The notes under the pieces: generated by a model
Databases searched by the model: none
Told to the model about the DNA's origin: nothing
The model's input: only the letters and a program-made list of their open reading frames with translations
In this document: positions 55,908-64,000 of the stretch, one piece after another
Layout: every line of letters starts with the position of its first letter
Position numbering within the stretch: position 1 is the stretch's first letter
Assembly: GCA_050259715.1 (NCBI GenBank)
Contig: JBLNAY010000203.1
Coordinates: 12,798-76,797, forward strand
From: Candidatus Dadabacteria bacterium
GTDB taxonomy: Bacteria > Bacteroidota > Bacteroidia > Chitinophagales > Chitinophagaceae
Direction: 5' to 3'
DNA length: 64,000 nt
Made by a program: the position numbers and the translations under genes

Positions 55908-57494
55908 TTATTCAAACGTGATATTCTCGAAAACAGATGTATCTTTTACCAGGGGTTTAACGACATTAGTAAAATTGTTATTCTTTATTAAAATATTTTT
56001 TGTTTTATCTCCTTTCACATTCAGGAATACCTCTGTCCCTTTCACTGGGTTAGAGTTATACAGGAAAACATCCTGTACATTCTGAAGATCAATAACAGGT
56101 CTACCGTCAACCGGCTTCATAGTTTTGAATCCATCAATAGTCAGCCCTGTTACATTTTCTCCCATTAATGAAGGCCCACTCCTTGTTGTTATTCGCACAT
56201 TATGAAATTCGATGTTCTTAGCTTCTTTAATAGTTGCGCCTTGCTCTGCATCAAATTGGATATCATTGAAAGTAACATCTTCAACCGGCATTTCTGCAAG
56301 GCCGTTAATATATATTGCTTCTTTAGTTTGAGCAGTAATATTACTTAAGTGAATGTTACGGAATACAGGTGTTCGTTCAGAAAAAGGTTCAGGTTGATTG
56401 CGGGAATATTGCATATCCAATACAACAGCTTGTTGACCGATATTTTTCATAATTACATTATTAATCCTTACTTCTTCAACTACGCCACCTCTTCCCCTGG
56501 TCGTTTTAATACGTATACCACGATCAGTACCATCAAAAACGCAATTGGAAATTGTAATCTTCTTTACGCCTCCACTCATCTCACTGCCGATAACAACACC
56601 ACCATGACCAGCCAACATAGTGCAGTTGGTGATAGTATAATTTTCTGCGGGTGCTGCTTTTGTTCTTCCGGGAACATCTTTGCCCGATTTAATAGTTATA
56701 CAATCATCCCCTACACTTATATGGCAATTGCTAATGTGAACATATTTACAACTTTCAGGGTTAATCCCATCCGTGTTTGGAGAATGAGGGTTATTAATGG
56801 TTACTCCATCAACAGTTACATTTTCACAGAACTCGGGGTTAATTGTCCAGAAAGGTGAATTAGTAATGTAAATTCCTTCAACACGAACATTTTTACAATA
56901 CATAGGTTGAATAAATGGAGGCCGGAGGAAACCTCTTTTCATTTGGGCGGCATCATCAGGAAGCAATATGTTTTTATTCAGGCTATCAAACAAGTATTGG
57001 GATTTTGTTCGGGCCTGACCGGGTTTATAGTTTAGAACAAAGTCCCACCATTTCTTTCCATGACCGTCTATTTTACCCCTTCCACTTATAGTTATATTCT
57101 CGGCCTTATAAGCATAGAATAATGGAGAAAAGCTCTTAACATCGACACCTTCATACCGTGTCTCTACAAAGGGCAAGTAATCATCAAAATTATCAGAGAA
57201 ATGTAATTCAGCTCCTGCATCAATCAGAATAGTGATGTTGCTCTTTAAGTGTATTGGTCCGGTAAGATATTTACCTGCAGGGAAATATACCGTTCCACCC
57301 CCTTTCTTTGCAGCAGCATCAATAGCCGCCGCTATCGCTTTAGTGCATAATTTACTACTATCGTTTTTTGCCCCATAACTGATGACATTATAATAAATCT
57401 GCGCATTTGCAGTAGTAAATAGTCCGATTGATATAAACAAGAAGGAGAAAATTGTAAACTTCCGCATTGTATTATTGTAACTTAATAAGTACAT
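55908..57494 (-). CDS. GH28 alpha-D-galacturonidase/polygalacturonase
   Basis: NTDG, GDDCITIKSG, GHGGVVIGSE and RIKT catalytic motifs. The start is probably at 57467 (MRKF). Confidence 0.94.
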   Translation of the reverse strand: MYLLSYNNTMRKFTIFSFLFISIGLFTTANAQIYYNVISYGAKNDSSKLCTKAIAAAIDAAAKKGGGTVYFPAGKYLTGPIHLKSNITILIDAGAELHFSDNFDDYLPFVETRYEGVDVKSFSPLFYAYKAENITISGRGKIDGHGKKWWDFVLNYKPGQARTKSQYLFDSLNKNILLPDDAAQMKRGFLRPPFIQPMYCKNVRVEGIYITNSPFWTINPEFCENVTVDGVTINNPHSPNTDGINPESCKYVHISNCHISVGDDCITIKSGKDVPGRTKAAPAENYTITNCTMLAGHGGVVIGSEMSGGVKKITISNCVFDGTDRGIRIKTTRGRGGVVEEVRINNVIMKNIGQQAVVLDMQYSRNQPEPFSERTPVFRNIHLSNITAQTKEAIYINGLAEMPVEDVTFNDIQFDAEQGATIKEAKNIEFHNVRITTRSGPSLMGENVTGLTIDGFKTMKPVDGRPVIDLQNVQDVFLYNSNPVKGTEVFLNVKGDKTKNILIKNNNFTNVVKPLVKDTSVFENITFE

Positions 57495-59046
57495 GTTTTA
57501 ATTCTTTTCCATTATATATTTTTCGTTCATTCTCATAAACTGTCAAGCCTGCTTCTCTGCCATAATGAGTACCGTTTTTATCCCATATAATGGAAATGGT
57601 TTTACCATGATATGGAAGTTTATCCAGGAAAAACCAGCTCCATTTATTTTTCGGAATTAGCGGAAATATTTCAAGTACATTATCTTCTCTTGGTTTTAAT
57701 CCAATAAGATCATTAATTACAAGGTCAGCAAAACAGGAATGATTATAATAACTGCTTCTTGGATTATCACCTTTTAACCATTCTCCTGTTTTCTCATCCT
57801 GGTATTCACCTAAATACGGTCGGCCTCTTTTTTGGTGAGACCAGGCATATTTATGCAGTTCATCATAGAAAACACTTGAATTCATAAGTGAATGATAAGG
57901 GTACCTCGTGAGAAGATTAGAAAGTCCTTTCAATGTTTGTGTGGTGGCAAACGGCCATACAGCGCCATCCCATTCACATCCATGTCCTGAGCCATGAGTT
58001 CTGAATAATGGATGCCTTCTTTCAGCTGTTGTTATTCCCCAGGGTGCCTTGAAACCGTTTGTATCAAGTAATTGATCCCATTGTACGGCATATTTCCTAT
58101 CTGAAGTGGGAAGATTAAAATACCAGGGAATATAGCCAAGTTCTTCGCGTGCATCATCCAGTTGCCCATTTGTATGGAGCACTTTATAAAAATTCTTTTT
58201 ATAATCCCACAGGCTGTCATTTACCAATTTCTGAAGTTTCGAAGCTTTATAACTATATTTTAGTTTCAAACTGTCGATTGAAAGTACTTCAGCCATTTTG
58301 GTCATCGCCCATGCGTTGCCAAACATATAACTGTTAATAGTTGGCCTCCTGTTTTGCTCTTTGCGGCTACCACTGATAGATTCTTCCATAGCATCCCTAA
58401 CGTCATATTGCCAGAATAAACCGGAGGAAACTTGCTTTTCGTTTTCCCAAGTTGTATAATCCTGGTCCAGGGCTGAGATATTTTTCCTTAGAAATTCTTT
58501 GTCTTTATTTACCAGGTAGCGATTGTAGATTGCATATTGTAACCAACTACTAAATGCATGCAGGTGAGGTTTTGGAGTCTTTGGATCTACATACAACCAA
58601 AAGTTGATATAATTATTAAGGTACTTTTGATTCCGCAACCATCTAAGTTCGCTTATGTGGTGACCCAAAGCACTACTCACTGTATTATATTTTCCTGCAT
58701 GACCAACAGGTGTGATGAATTCTGTAAAAACGAATCCATCAGGTGTTTGCTTCAGATGTTTCCTTATTGCCCACCACCTGTAATAATATATATTTTCAAT
58801 AATGCTGTCAGGGCATTCAAAGAGAGGGATGTTTTCTGATAACCATTCATAAGCCTGGCTATTAGTAACAAAATTCTTTACTGTTTCAGAATCAATTGAA
58901 TTAAAGTAGGCAACATATTTCTTTAGTTTGGCTGTGGCTAATCCTACAGACTTTTCCTGCGCGATACCCTGCGACATGAACAATATGATAGCAGCCACAG
59001 TAGCAAATATCTTTCCAGGCAAAAAATAGTTTCTCATATTATTCAA
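57472..59046 (-). CDS. GH142-like (alpha/alpha)6 glycosidase (candidate beta-L-arabinofuranosidase, BT1020 C-terminal module)
   Basis: NIPLFECPD, YYYRWW, DAMEESIS, REELGYIPW, WDGAVWP and YNHSCFADLVI motifs. Confidence 0.7.
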   Translation of the reverse strand: MNNMRNYFLPGKIFATVAAIILFMSQGIAQEKSVGLATAKLKKYVAYFNSIDSETVKNFVTNSQAYEWLSENIPLFECPDSIIENIYYYRWWAIRKHLKQTPDGFVFTEFITPVGHAGKYNTVSSALGHHISELRWLRNQKYLNNYINFWLYVDPKTPKPHLHAFSSWLQYAIYNRYLVNKDKEFLRKNISALDQDYTTWENEKQVSSGLFWQYDVRDAMEESISGSRKEQNRRPTINSYMFGNAWAMTKMAEVLSIDSLKLKYSYKASKLQKLVNDSLWDYKKNFYKVLHTNGQLDDAREELGYIPWYFNLPTSDRKYAVQWDQLLDTNGFKAPWGITTAERRHPLFRTHGSGHGCEWDGAVWPFATTQTLKGLSNLLTRYPYHSLMNSSVFYDELHKYAWSHQKRGRPYLGEYQDEKTGEWLKGDNPRSSYYNHSCFADLVINDLIGLKPREDNVLEIFPLIPKNKWSWFFLDKLPYHGKTISIIWDKNGTHYGREAGLTVYENERKIYNGKELKHVLIKLQ

Positions 59047-61804
59047 ATAACCAGTCTAATTCCTTTTTTACTCCACTGGCAGTAAGACCGGCATCATGAA
59101 CCGGAAAATCAATTGCATCATCAACAAAACCCAACACAAGACATACACCTTTAGGTAAGGTCAAAGTGTTGGTACCAGCTTTGAAAGTAAATGTATGTAT
59201 ATCAACAGGGGGCATTCCCGAGATGATCATTGCATTACTGATCTTAGTTTCAGCCTGCCCATAATCATTAGCTGAGGCATCTGTTTCAAGTTGTGGTGGT
59301 TGCAAAAATCTTATGTCCTTTGAGTTGAAATAGCCAACAACTACTTTTACAGCCTTCTTATTGATAAATTTTATAGTAGTACCATCTGCAATCTGTTTAG
59401 ATTTTGACAATTTAAATCCATTCAACTCTTTCAGTTCAGTAGCAAAATCTTTGATATATGTCGCAGTATCAGTAAATAGTTCTTTCCCTGCAGCAATTGA
59501 GTAAAATGCTTCTGGTTTTGTAATTAAGTCTACTTCAGCATTATTAAAAACAACTTCCTCTTTTTGGTTAGCTACTTTCACGGGCGATTTTAATGAATCA
59601 ATATTACGCCTGAAGTTGGCAAGTTCCTGTTCATAATAAGGCAGAAGTTCTATCCATGTCTTATTTTTTCCATCGTTGCCTCCAATAGGAATCTTACGTT
59701 GGCTGGTCTGCATACTATTCGCATATAGGTAACTGTTCCTGGTAAGATTAACGAGCTTGTTGAAATAAATTAAACTCTTCTGTAAATGAGAATATCCCAT
59801 TTCAAGATCCTTCAAATCAGAAGAGTACTTGTATTTTAATACATCTAATGCAGCAGTTGCTTTTTCAGCATAACAATTTGCCAGGGCATCATAGATGTAC
59901 ATATCATTCTTCAACCTTGCAAACTCCTCTTTATTCAATGTTACAAATGAGGATGCCTTTTCTATAGCTTGCACCGCTTTCTGGCCATGCTGCCTAACTT
60001 CATTTATTACCTTGACTGGTGTTTCTCCTATGTGCTTTTCCTTCTTCCATTCCTTTTCAGCATATTCTGTCAACATCTCTCCTTCCGGTCCCTCTGAATT
60101 ATACAATAACGTGAACAAACCATATCTGTAAGGATTGATTAATTGTGTCATGAACATTCCGAGTGTAAGGGTCTGACGATTCCCATCTGTTATTCCAAAG
60201 CGTCTTAACAACTTCGGAGCAATCTCACCTTCCTGTTCATATGAATCCAGGATGTACTTGCCAGTTGCCAGGTCCGTTCCATATTTTTTAGAAAGCAGGT
60301 CACTCCAGTAATTAATTTCCTGTTGACGATCCCTGTTGGCATTCCATGCATAACGGGACCAGCTTTTATACCAGATCCAATCACGATCAATCTGAAGCAA
60401 CCTTTGATTTGTTTTATCAGCAGTATAAGGCCAATCCCAATAGGAAGCCTGTGGATATAAATGCAAGCCATTTCCATGGTGAATATTATGCATTGCGTGT
60501 ACTGATTTTTGGATAAAGTCAGGAGAACCATAGCGGAAGGGTTCCAGGTTAGCCATGATGTGAACATTTTCTATCTGTATAGAACCGAGGCTACTTAATT
60601 TCCGATGTAATTCTGCCCATGGACCACGCGGAGTATACGTGGTCAGTGCTTCGCCATTATACTTTGCTTCCGTATAAAGATTTTTGTACAGGGGAAGAGC
60701 TGCATCCATCACAGCAGGTGCATCAGTATCATGAGCTCTTAATACTATCGGAGGTTCCTCTGTCTTTCCCAATGCTTTCAAACCATCTTTAACTCCGGGG
60801 ATAATAGTTTTTGTAAACCACTCTATATCATCCTGGCCTACCCCTTCCATTGCTTCGCCAAGAGCAACCATCAAACCTACATTTGGATATTTCTCCACAA
60901 AGGCAGCAATGGATTTTCTTGTATAATCTGCTATTATAGGAACAATATGGCGGTTTCGATCCTGTGTCACCATATTATTCTTCTCAGCAAAAGGTTTGGA
61001 TACAATGATGTTATAGAACATCTGTATCACCCAAATACCCCTTTTATCTGCTTCAGAAGTTAAGAAACTAAATATTTCCTCATTCTTCCTGAAAGTAGCA
61101 TCATCCACTTCCACTGCATATGGGTATTCCTTTAATTTAACGAGTGAAGCGAATGGATGTCCATTCCAAAGGTAAAGAGAATTCATCCGGTTTTGAACCA
61201 TTGAATCCAATACTCTTATCCAAAGTGCCTTATCATAAAACCATGGAAAAGTTTCAGGTGTATATGGATACTCATATACTTTCCTTCCCGGCAAATAGGT
61301 TGATTTTTGTAATCCAATGCACTCACCTCTTAATACCATCTGAGGTCGGTCTGTGAATGAAATTGTTGATGGTAACTGCCCTGAAGCATTAATTCTATCA
61401 CTCAACTCCAAACAACCATATAATGCGCCTGAAATGTCAGAGCCGTTTACCAGTATAACCTGATTTTTTGATGTTAGTTTGAAACCTTCCTTACCACTAA
61501 TGTTCGTAGTATCTAATTTATAAGTAGATGCTGCAACAGACTCCAGTTTATCTTTTCTTGTTGTAATAATAATTAAAGGGCTGCCATTGATTGCATTCAT
61601 ATTCTCCTGCCTGGTTAAGCGAACTATGTACCCTGCCTTAGTTAAGGAGTTTGATAACCTTTCAACTCCAAAAGAAACACGTGCATGTGGATGAACAGGC
61701 AATAAGATAGTTACTCTTTTTTGCTCAGTTGTTTTTTGGGAATTACCGATTTGAAACAAGAACAAACTGAAGATTACAATTATGATTTTTGGCAGCAATT
61801 TCAT
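59039..61804 (-). CDS. GH138-like alpha-D-galacturonidase (BT0997-like)
   Basis: YEYPYTPETFPWFYD, LYLWNGHPFASLV, IQMFYNI, LRAHDTD and HLYPQASYWDWP motifs. Confidence 0.75.
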   Translation of the reverse strand: MKLLPKIIIVIFSLFLFQIGNSQKTTEQKRVTILLPVHPHARVSFGVERLSNSLTKAGYIVRLTRQENMNAINGSPLIIITTRKDKLESVAASTYKLDTTNISGKEGFKLTSKNQVILVNGSDISGALYGCLELSDRINASGQLPSTISFTDRPQMVLRGECIGLQKSTYLPGRKVYEYPYTPETFPWFYDKALWIRVLDSMVQNRMNSLYLWNGHPFASLVKLKEYPYAVEVDDATFRKNEEIFSFLTSEADKRGIWVIQMFYNIIVSKPFAEKNNMVTQDRNRHIVPIIADYTRKSIAAFVEKYPNVGLMVALGEAMEGVGQDDIEWFTKTIIPGVKDGLKALGKTEEPPIVLRAHDTDAPAVMDAALPLYKNLYTEAKYNGEALTTYTPRGPWAELHRKLSSLGSIQIENVHIMANLEPFRYGSPDFIQKSVHAMHNIHHGNGLHLYPQASYWDWPYTADKTNQRLLQIDRDWIWYKSWSRYAWNANRDRQQEINYWSDLLSKKYGTDLATGKYILDSYEQEGEIAPKLLRRFGITDGNRQTLTLGMFMTQLINPYRYGLFTLLYNSEGPEGEMLTEYAEKEWKKEKHIGETPVKVINEVRQHGQKAVQAIEKASSFVTLNKEEFARLKNDMYIYDALANCYAEKATAALDVLKYKYSSDLKDLEMGYSHLQKSLIYFNKLVNLTRNSYLYANSMQTSQRKIPIGGNDGKNKTWIELLPYYEQELANFRRNIDSLKSPVKVANQKEEVVFNNAEVDLITKPEAFYSIAAGKELFTDTATYIKDFATELKELNGFKLSKSKQIADGTTIKFINKKAVKVVVGYFNSKDIRFLQPPQLETDASANDYGQAETKISNAMIISGMPPVDIHTFTFKAGTNTLTLPKGVCLVLGFVDDAIDFPVHDAGLTASGVKKELDWLFE

Positions 61805-61831
61805 AGCTCTCGATAAACTGTTCCTTTACAT

Positions 61832-63250
61832 TTATTTAAGAGTATTCAAATACACTTCCAGCATGGTATAGCCTTCAGTATTCGTATTATTTCTATCTTC
61901 TTTATTCGTTGGATTTAAACTCATATTTAACTCCCAATCATCTGGCATTCCATCTTTATCTGTATCAACGGGAGCCTGTGCTGACTGGTAAGAAGGCCAT
62001 CCCCCTACAGCTGCAGGTGAATCTATTATTCCCGGTTTCCCAAACGATCCAATTCCGGATGCCTGGCGAGATCTTGTTTCGCTCACAATCCTCGCATCAA
62101 CTGCATCTCTTTTAGGGAATGTTGCACCGGCATTTTCCAATACATTCTTCAAGGCATCTTTAGCAAGTTCCGTTGATACAGTAGAAGAAATCTGAAATGC
62201 TTTTCCTGCTTTTGCCGACAGGCTAAGTTCAGACGGAATATGAGAGAGGTCCAATCCGTCCCAGTTGTGATTGGTCAACCTGTTATCACCTTCCATAATA
62301 TTTCCGTTAAGGTACCATTGGCCAACACCTGTTGAATTAGTTCCTGCATCCAGCGCCTGCATAAACCTCAAATTACTGGAAGTGGCGGGTCCAGGCATAT
62401 AGTAATTGTTAATAATATTCACCTGTGATACTCCACCGGGAATTTTAACATCACCACCATAAGGTGCATTCGCAGATCCCCAGTTGTAAATGACATTATT
62501 CCTGTAATCAACTAAAGCAATAGTATCATGAGCCCTGGAACCATTGAACCTAACCGTCCTGCTATTTTGATGCGCAATTAAGTTATGGTGATAACTAGCA
62601 TACTGGCCACCCCACACGCCACCATAAGAACGAACACCTTTATGATGTCCTGCCTTGTAAAGACCCTCACTTACAATACACCATTGTACTGTTGTATTCT
62701 TTGTATCATACATTGCGGCACACTCTTCATTAGCCCAACTGAAAGAACAATGGTCTATTATTACATCATGACAGTTCTCCATATCAAAAGCATAAAGGCC
62801 ACTCATTAAAGTACCTCCCGGCCGTGAACGCATATATCGAATTATGATATTCCCTTTGTTACCTTCCCTGGATGCTCCGCTAAGAATAAACGAATGTCCT
62901 CTAAGGCATATCCCATCGCCAGGCGCTGTTTGACCTGCTATGGTTACATTCGAACGCCTGATAACCAAAGGAGATTTAAGATCTATAATACCACTGATGG
63001 TAAATACTATAGTGATCGGCTCACCCGGATATTGAGTCAAAGCGTCTCGAAAACTACCGGATCCTTCATCGTTAAGATTACTCACTTTAACCACTTGACC
63101 ACCCCTACCGCCTGTAGCATATTTACCAAAACCTTCTGCACCCGGGAATGCAATTAGTTGAGATTCCCCTTGCAAACAACCAATAATAAATGTTGCCGCC
63201 AACATGAGTTTCCTAAATATTCCCAGATTTTTACTCATGCTGTTGTTCAT
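61832..63250 (-). CDS. Pectate lyase PL1 (second copy)
   Basis: AFPGAEGFG, GGRGG, IAGQTAPGDG, DHCSFSWANEE, HNLIAH..SR and DTDKDGMPD motifs. Confidence 0.88.
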   Translation of the reverse strand: MNNSMSKNLGIFRKLMLAATFIIGCLQGESQLIAFPGAEGFGKYATGGRGGQVVKVSNLNDEGSGSFRDALTQYPGEPITIVFTISGIIDLKSPLVIRRSNVTIAGQTAPGDGICLRGHSFILSGASREGNKGNIIIRYMRSRPGGTLMSGLYAFDMENCHDVIIDHCSFSWANEECAAMYDTKNTTVQWCIVSEGLYKAGHHKGVRSYGGVWGGQYASYHHNLIAHQNSRTVRFNGSRAHDTIALVDYRNNVIYNWGSANAPYGGDVKIPGGVSQVNIINNYYMPGPATSSNLRFMQALDAGTNSTGVGQWYLNGNIMEGDNRLTNHNWDGLDLSHIPSELSLSAKAGKAFQISSTVSTELAKDALKNVLENAGATFPKRDAVDARIVSETRSRQASGIGSFGKPGIIDSPAAVGGWPSYQSAQAPVDTDKDGMPDDWELNMSLNPTNKEDRNNTNTEGYTMLEVYLNTLK

Positions 63251-63262
63251 TAAAGATTGCTT

Positions 63263-64000
63263 TTAAATTAAGGTATGGTATAAGTTGCTGAAATATTGAA
63301 GATGGATCAGATCTGTTGGTAGGCTTTTTTGATTCCACGATTCGTGCATGGCCAACGCTGTACCTAAGGCTGTAGCTTGCGACATGGAGGCCGCAAAAAC
63401 TTCCAAATTAGGATAAGCATTCGCCAATAAATTCATGTAGATTTTATTTTTACTGAACCCTCCATCCACAAACAGTCTTTTAACATCCGAACCCAATAAT
63501 ACGAGGTTGGTTGATGCAACCTGCTTATCGATAAGGTCAATTATTAATTGGTGATAAGCTTCTTCACTACTATTATATTCACTGAGATCTCGTAATGTAA
63601 AACCAGTAGCAATGGACTTCAGATCCCTTCTGCTCTTTAAATTAGAAACTAGTTCAGAGTTATATTCAACCTCCTTATAAAACTCTGGCTTTTTATTAAA
63701 ATAAATGGCTATTCTTTTCACTCCTTCTTCATGCTCCATGCCGGCAAATAAACGGGAAGCCTTTACAGGTTCACCTTTATACTGCAGGTAACACAGGCAA
63801 TCACTTTCCAATTCTCCAGAGGTAAGAGGAGTTTTGTTGAAAGGATTTAAACTAATACACCAGGTGCCGCTCGAAATCAATACGAATGGTTCTGTAAAAC
63901 TTACAAGGTATGGTATCAAAGCAGCAGAACTATCATGTAAGCCAATGCCAACCAGGTAGTTACTCCCTGGGAATATGGCAGGAAATACTTCATTATATGG
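63263..64000 (-). CDS. 3' part of an FGGY-family carbohydrate kinase (rhamnulokinase-like); start lies beyond the window
   Basis: The frame stays open to base 64000 (...VGIGLHDSSAALIPYL...); LISSGTW and VDGGFSKN...ATALG motifs. Confidence 0.8.
   Translation of the reverse strand, partial: PYNEVFPAIFPGSNYLVGIGLHDSSAALIPYLVSFTEPFVLISSGTWCISLNPFNKTPLTSGELESDCLCYLQYKGEPVKASRLFAGMEHEEGVKRIAIYFNKKPEFYKEVEYNSELVSNLKSRRDLKSIATGFTLRDLSEYNSSEEAYHQLIIDLIDKQVASTNLVLLGSDVKRLFVDGGFSKNKIYMNLLANAYPNLEVFAASMSQATALGTALAMHESWNQKSLPTDLIHLQYFSNLYHTLI

Noticed and set aside
707-63157. Numerous 60-170-aa ORFs on the plus strand or in alternate frames (e.g. 4904-5344, 39142-39444, 56349-56858)
   Set aside because: All lie inside long, well-supported minus-strand CDSs and show no protein-like motifs; they are shadow ORFs.

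Overview
A 64-kb, AT-rich window from a Bacteroidota genome (SusC/SusD pair, no Shine-Dalgarno pattern; my impression is an environmental Chitinophagaceae/Sphingobacteriaceae-type organism). It is one continuous polysaccharide utilization locus. All 37 recognisable CDSs (two cut by the window edges) are on the minus strand, and many overlap at their start and stop codons. The enzyme set closely mirrors the Bacteroides thetaiotaomicron rhamnogalacturonan-II (RG-II) apparatus: GH78 x3, GH2 x3, PL1 x2, GH28, GH33-like, GH43, GH95, GH137, GH138, GH140, GH141, GH142, GH143, and a CE19-like esterase. These family calls come from my recall of motifs, not from a database search. The most interesting part is a catabolic block at 8.2-18.1 kb. 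Fe-ADH, DHDPS-type aldolase, PdxA2, DUF1537 kinase and an SSS symporter form a chemically and stereochemically complete candidate pathway for the rare RG-II sugar Dha (Dha to pyruvate + D-threuronate, then D-threonate, threonate-4-P and DHAP). A parallel GH33-SSS-aldolase module beside it plausibly handles Kdo. Other points: a GH141 fused to a mutarotase-like domain, a GH95 with a ~170-aa inserted jelly-roll, stand-alone versions of three enzymes that are bifunctional in B. thetaiotaomicron, two copies of an 11-bp-periodic hairpin element, and a shared 19-bp upstream motif. I saw no rRNA, tRNA, CRISPR array, transposase or transcriptional regulator.
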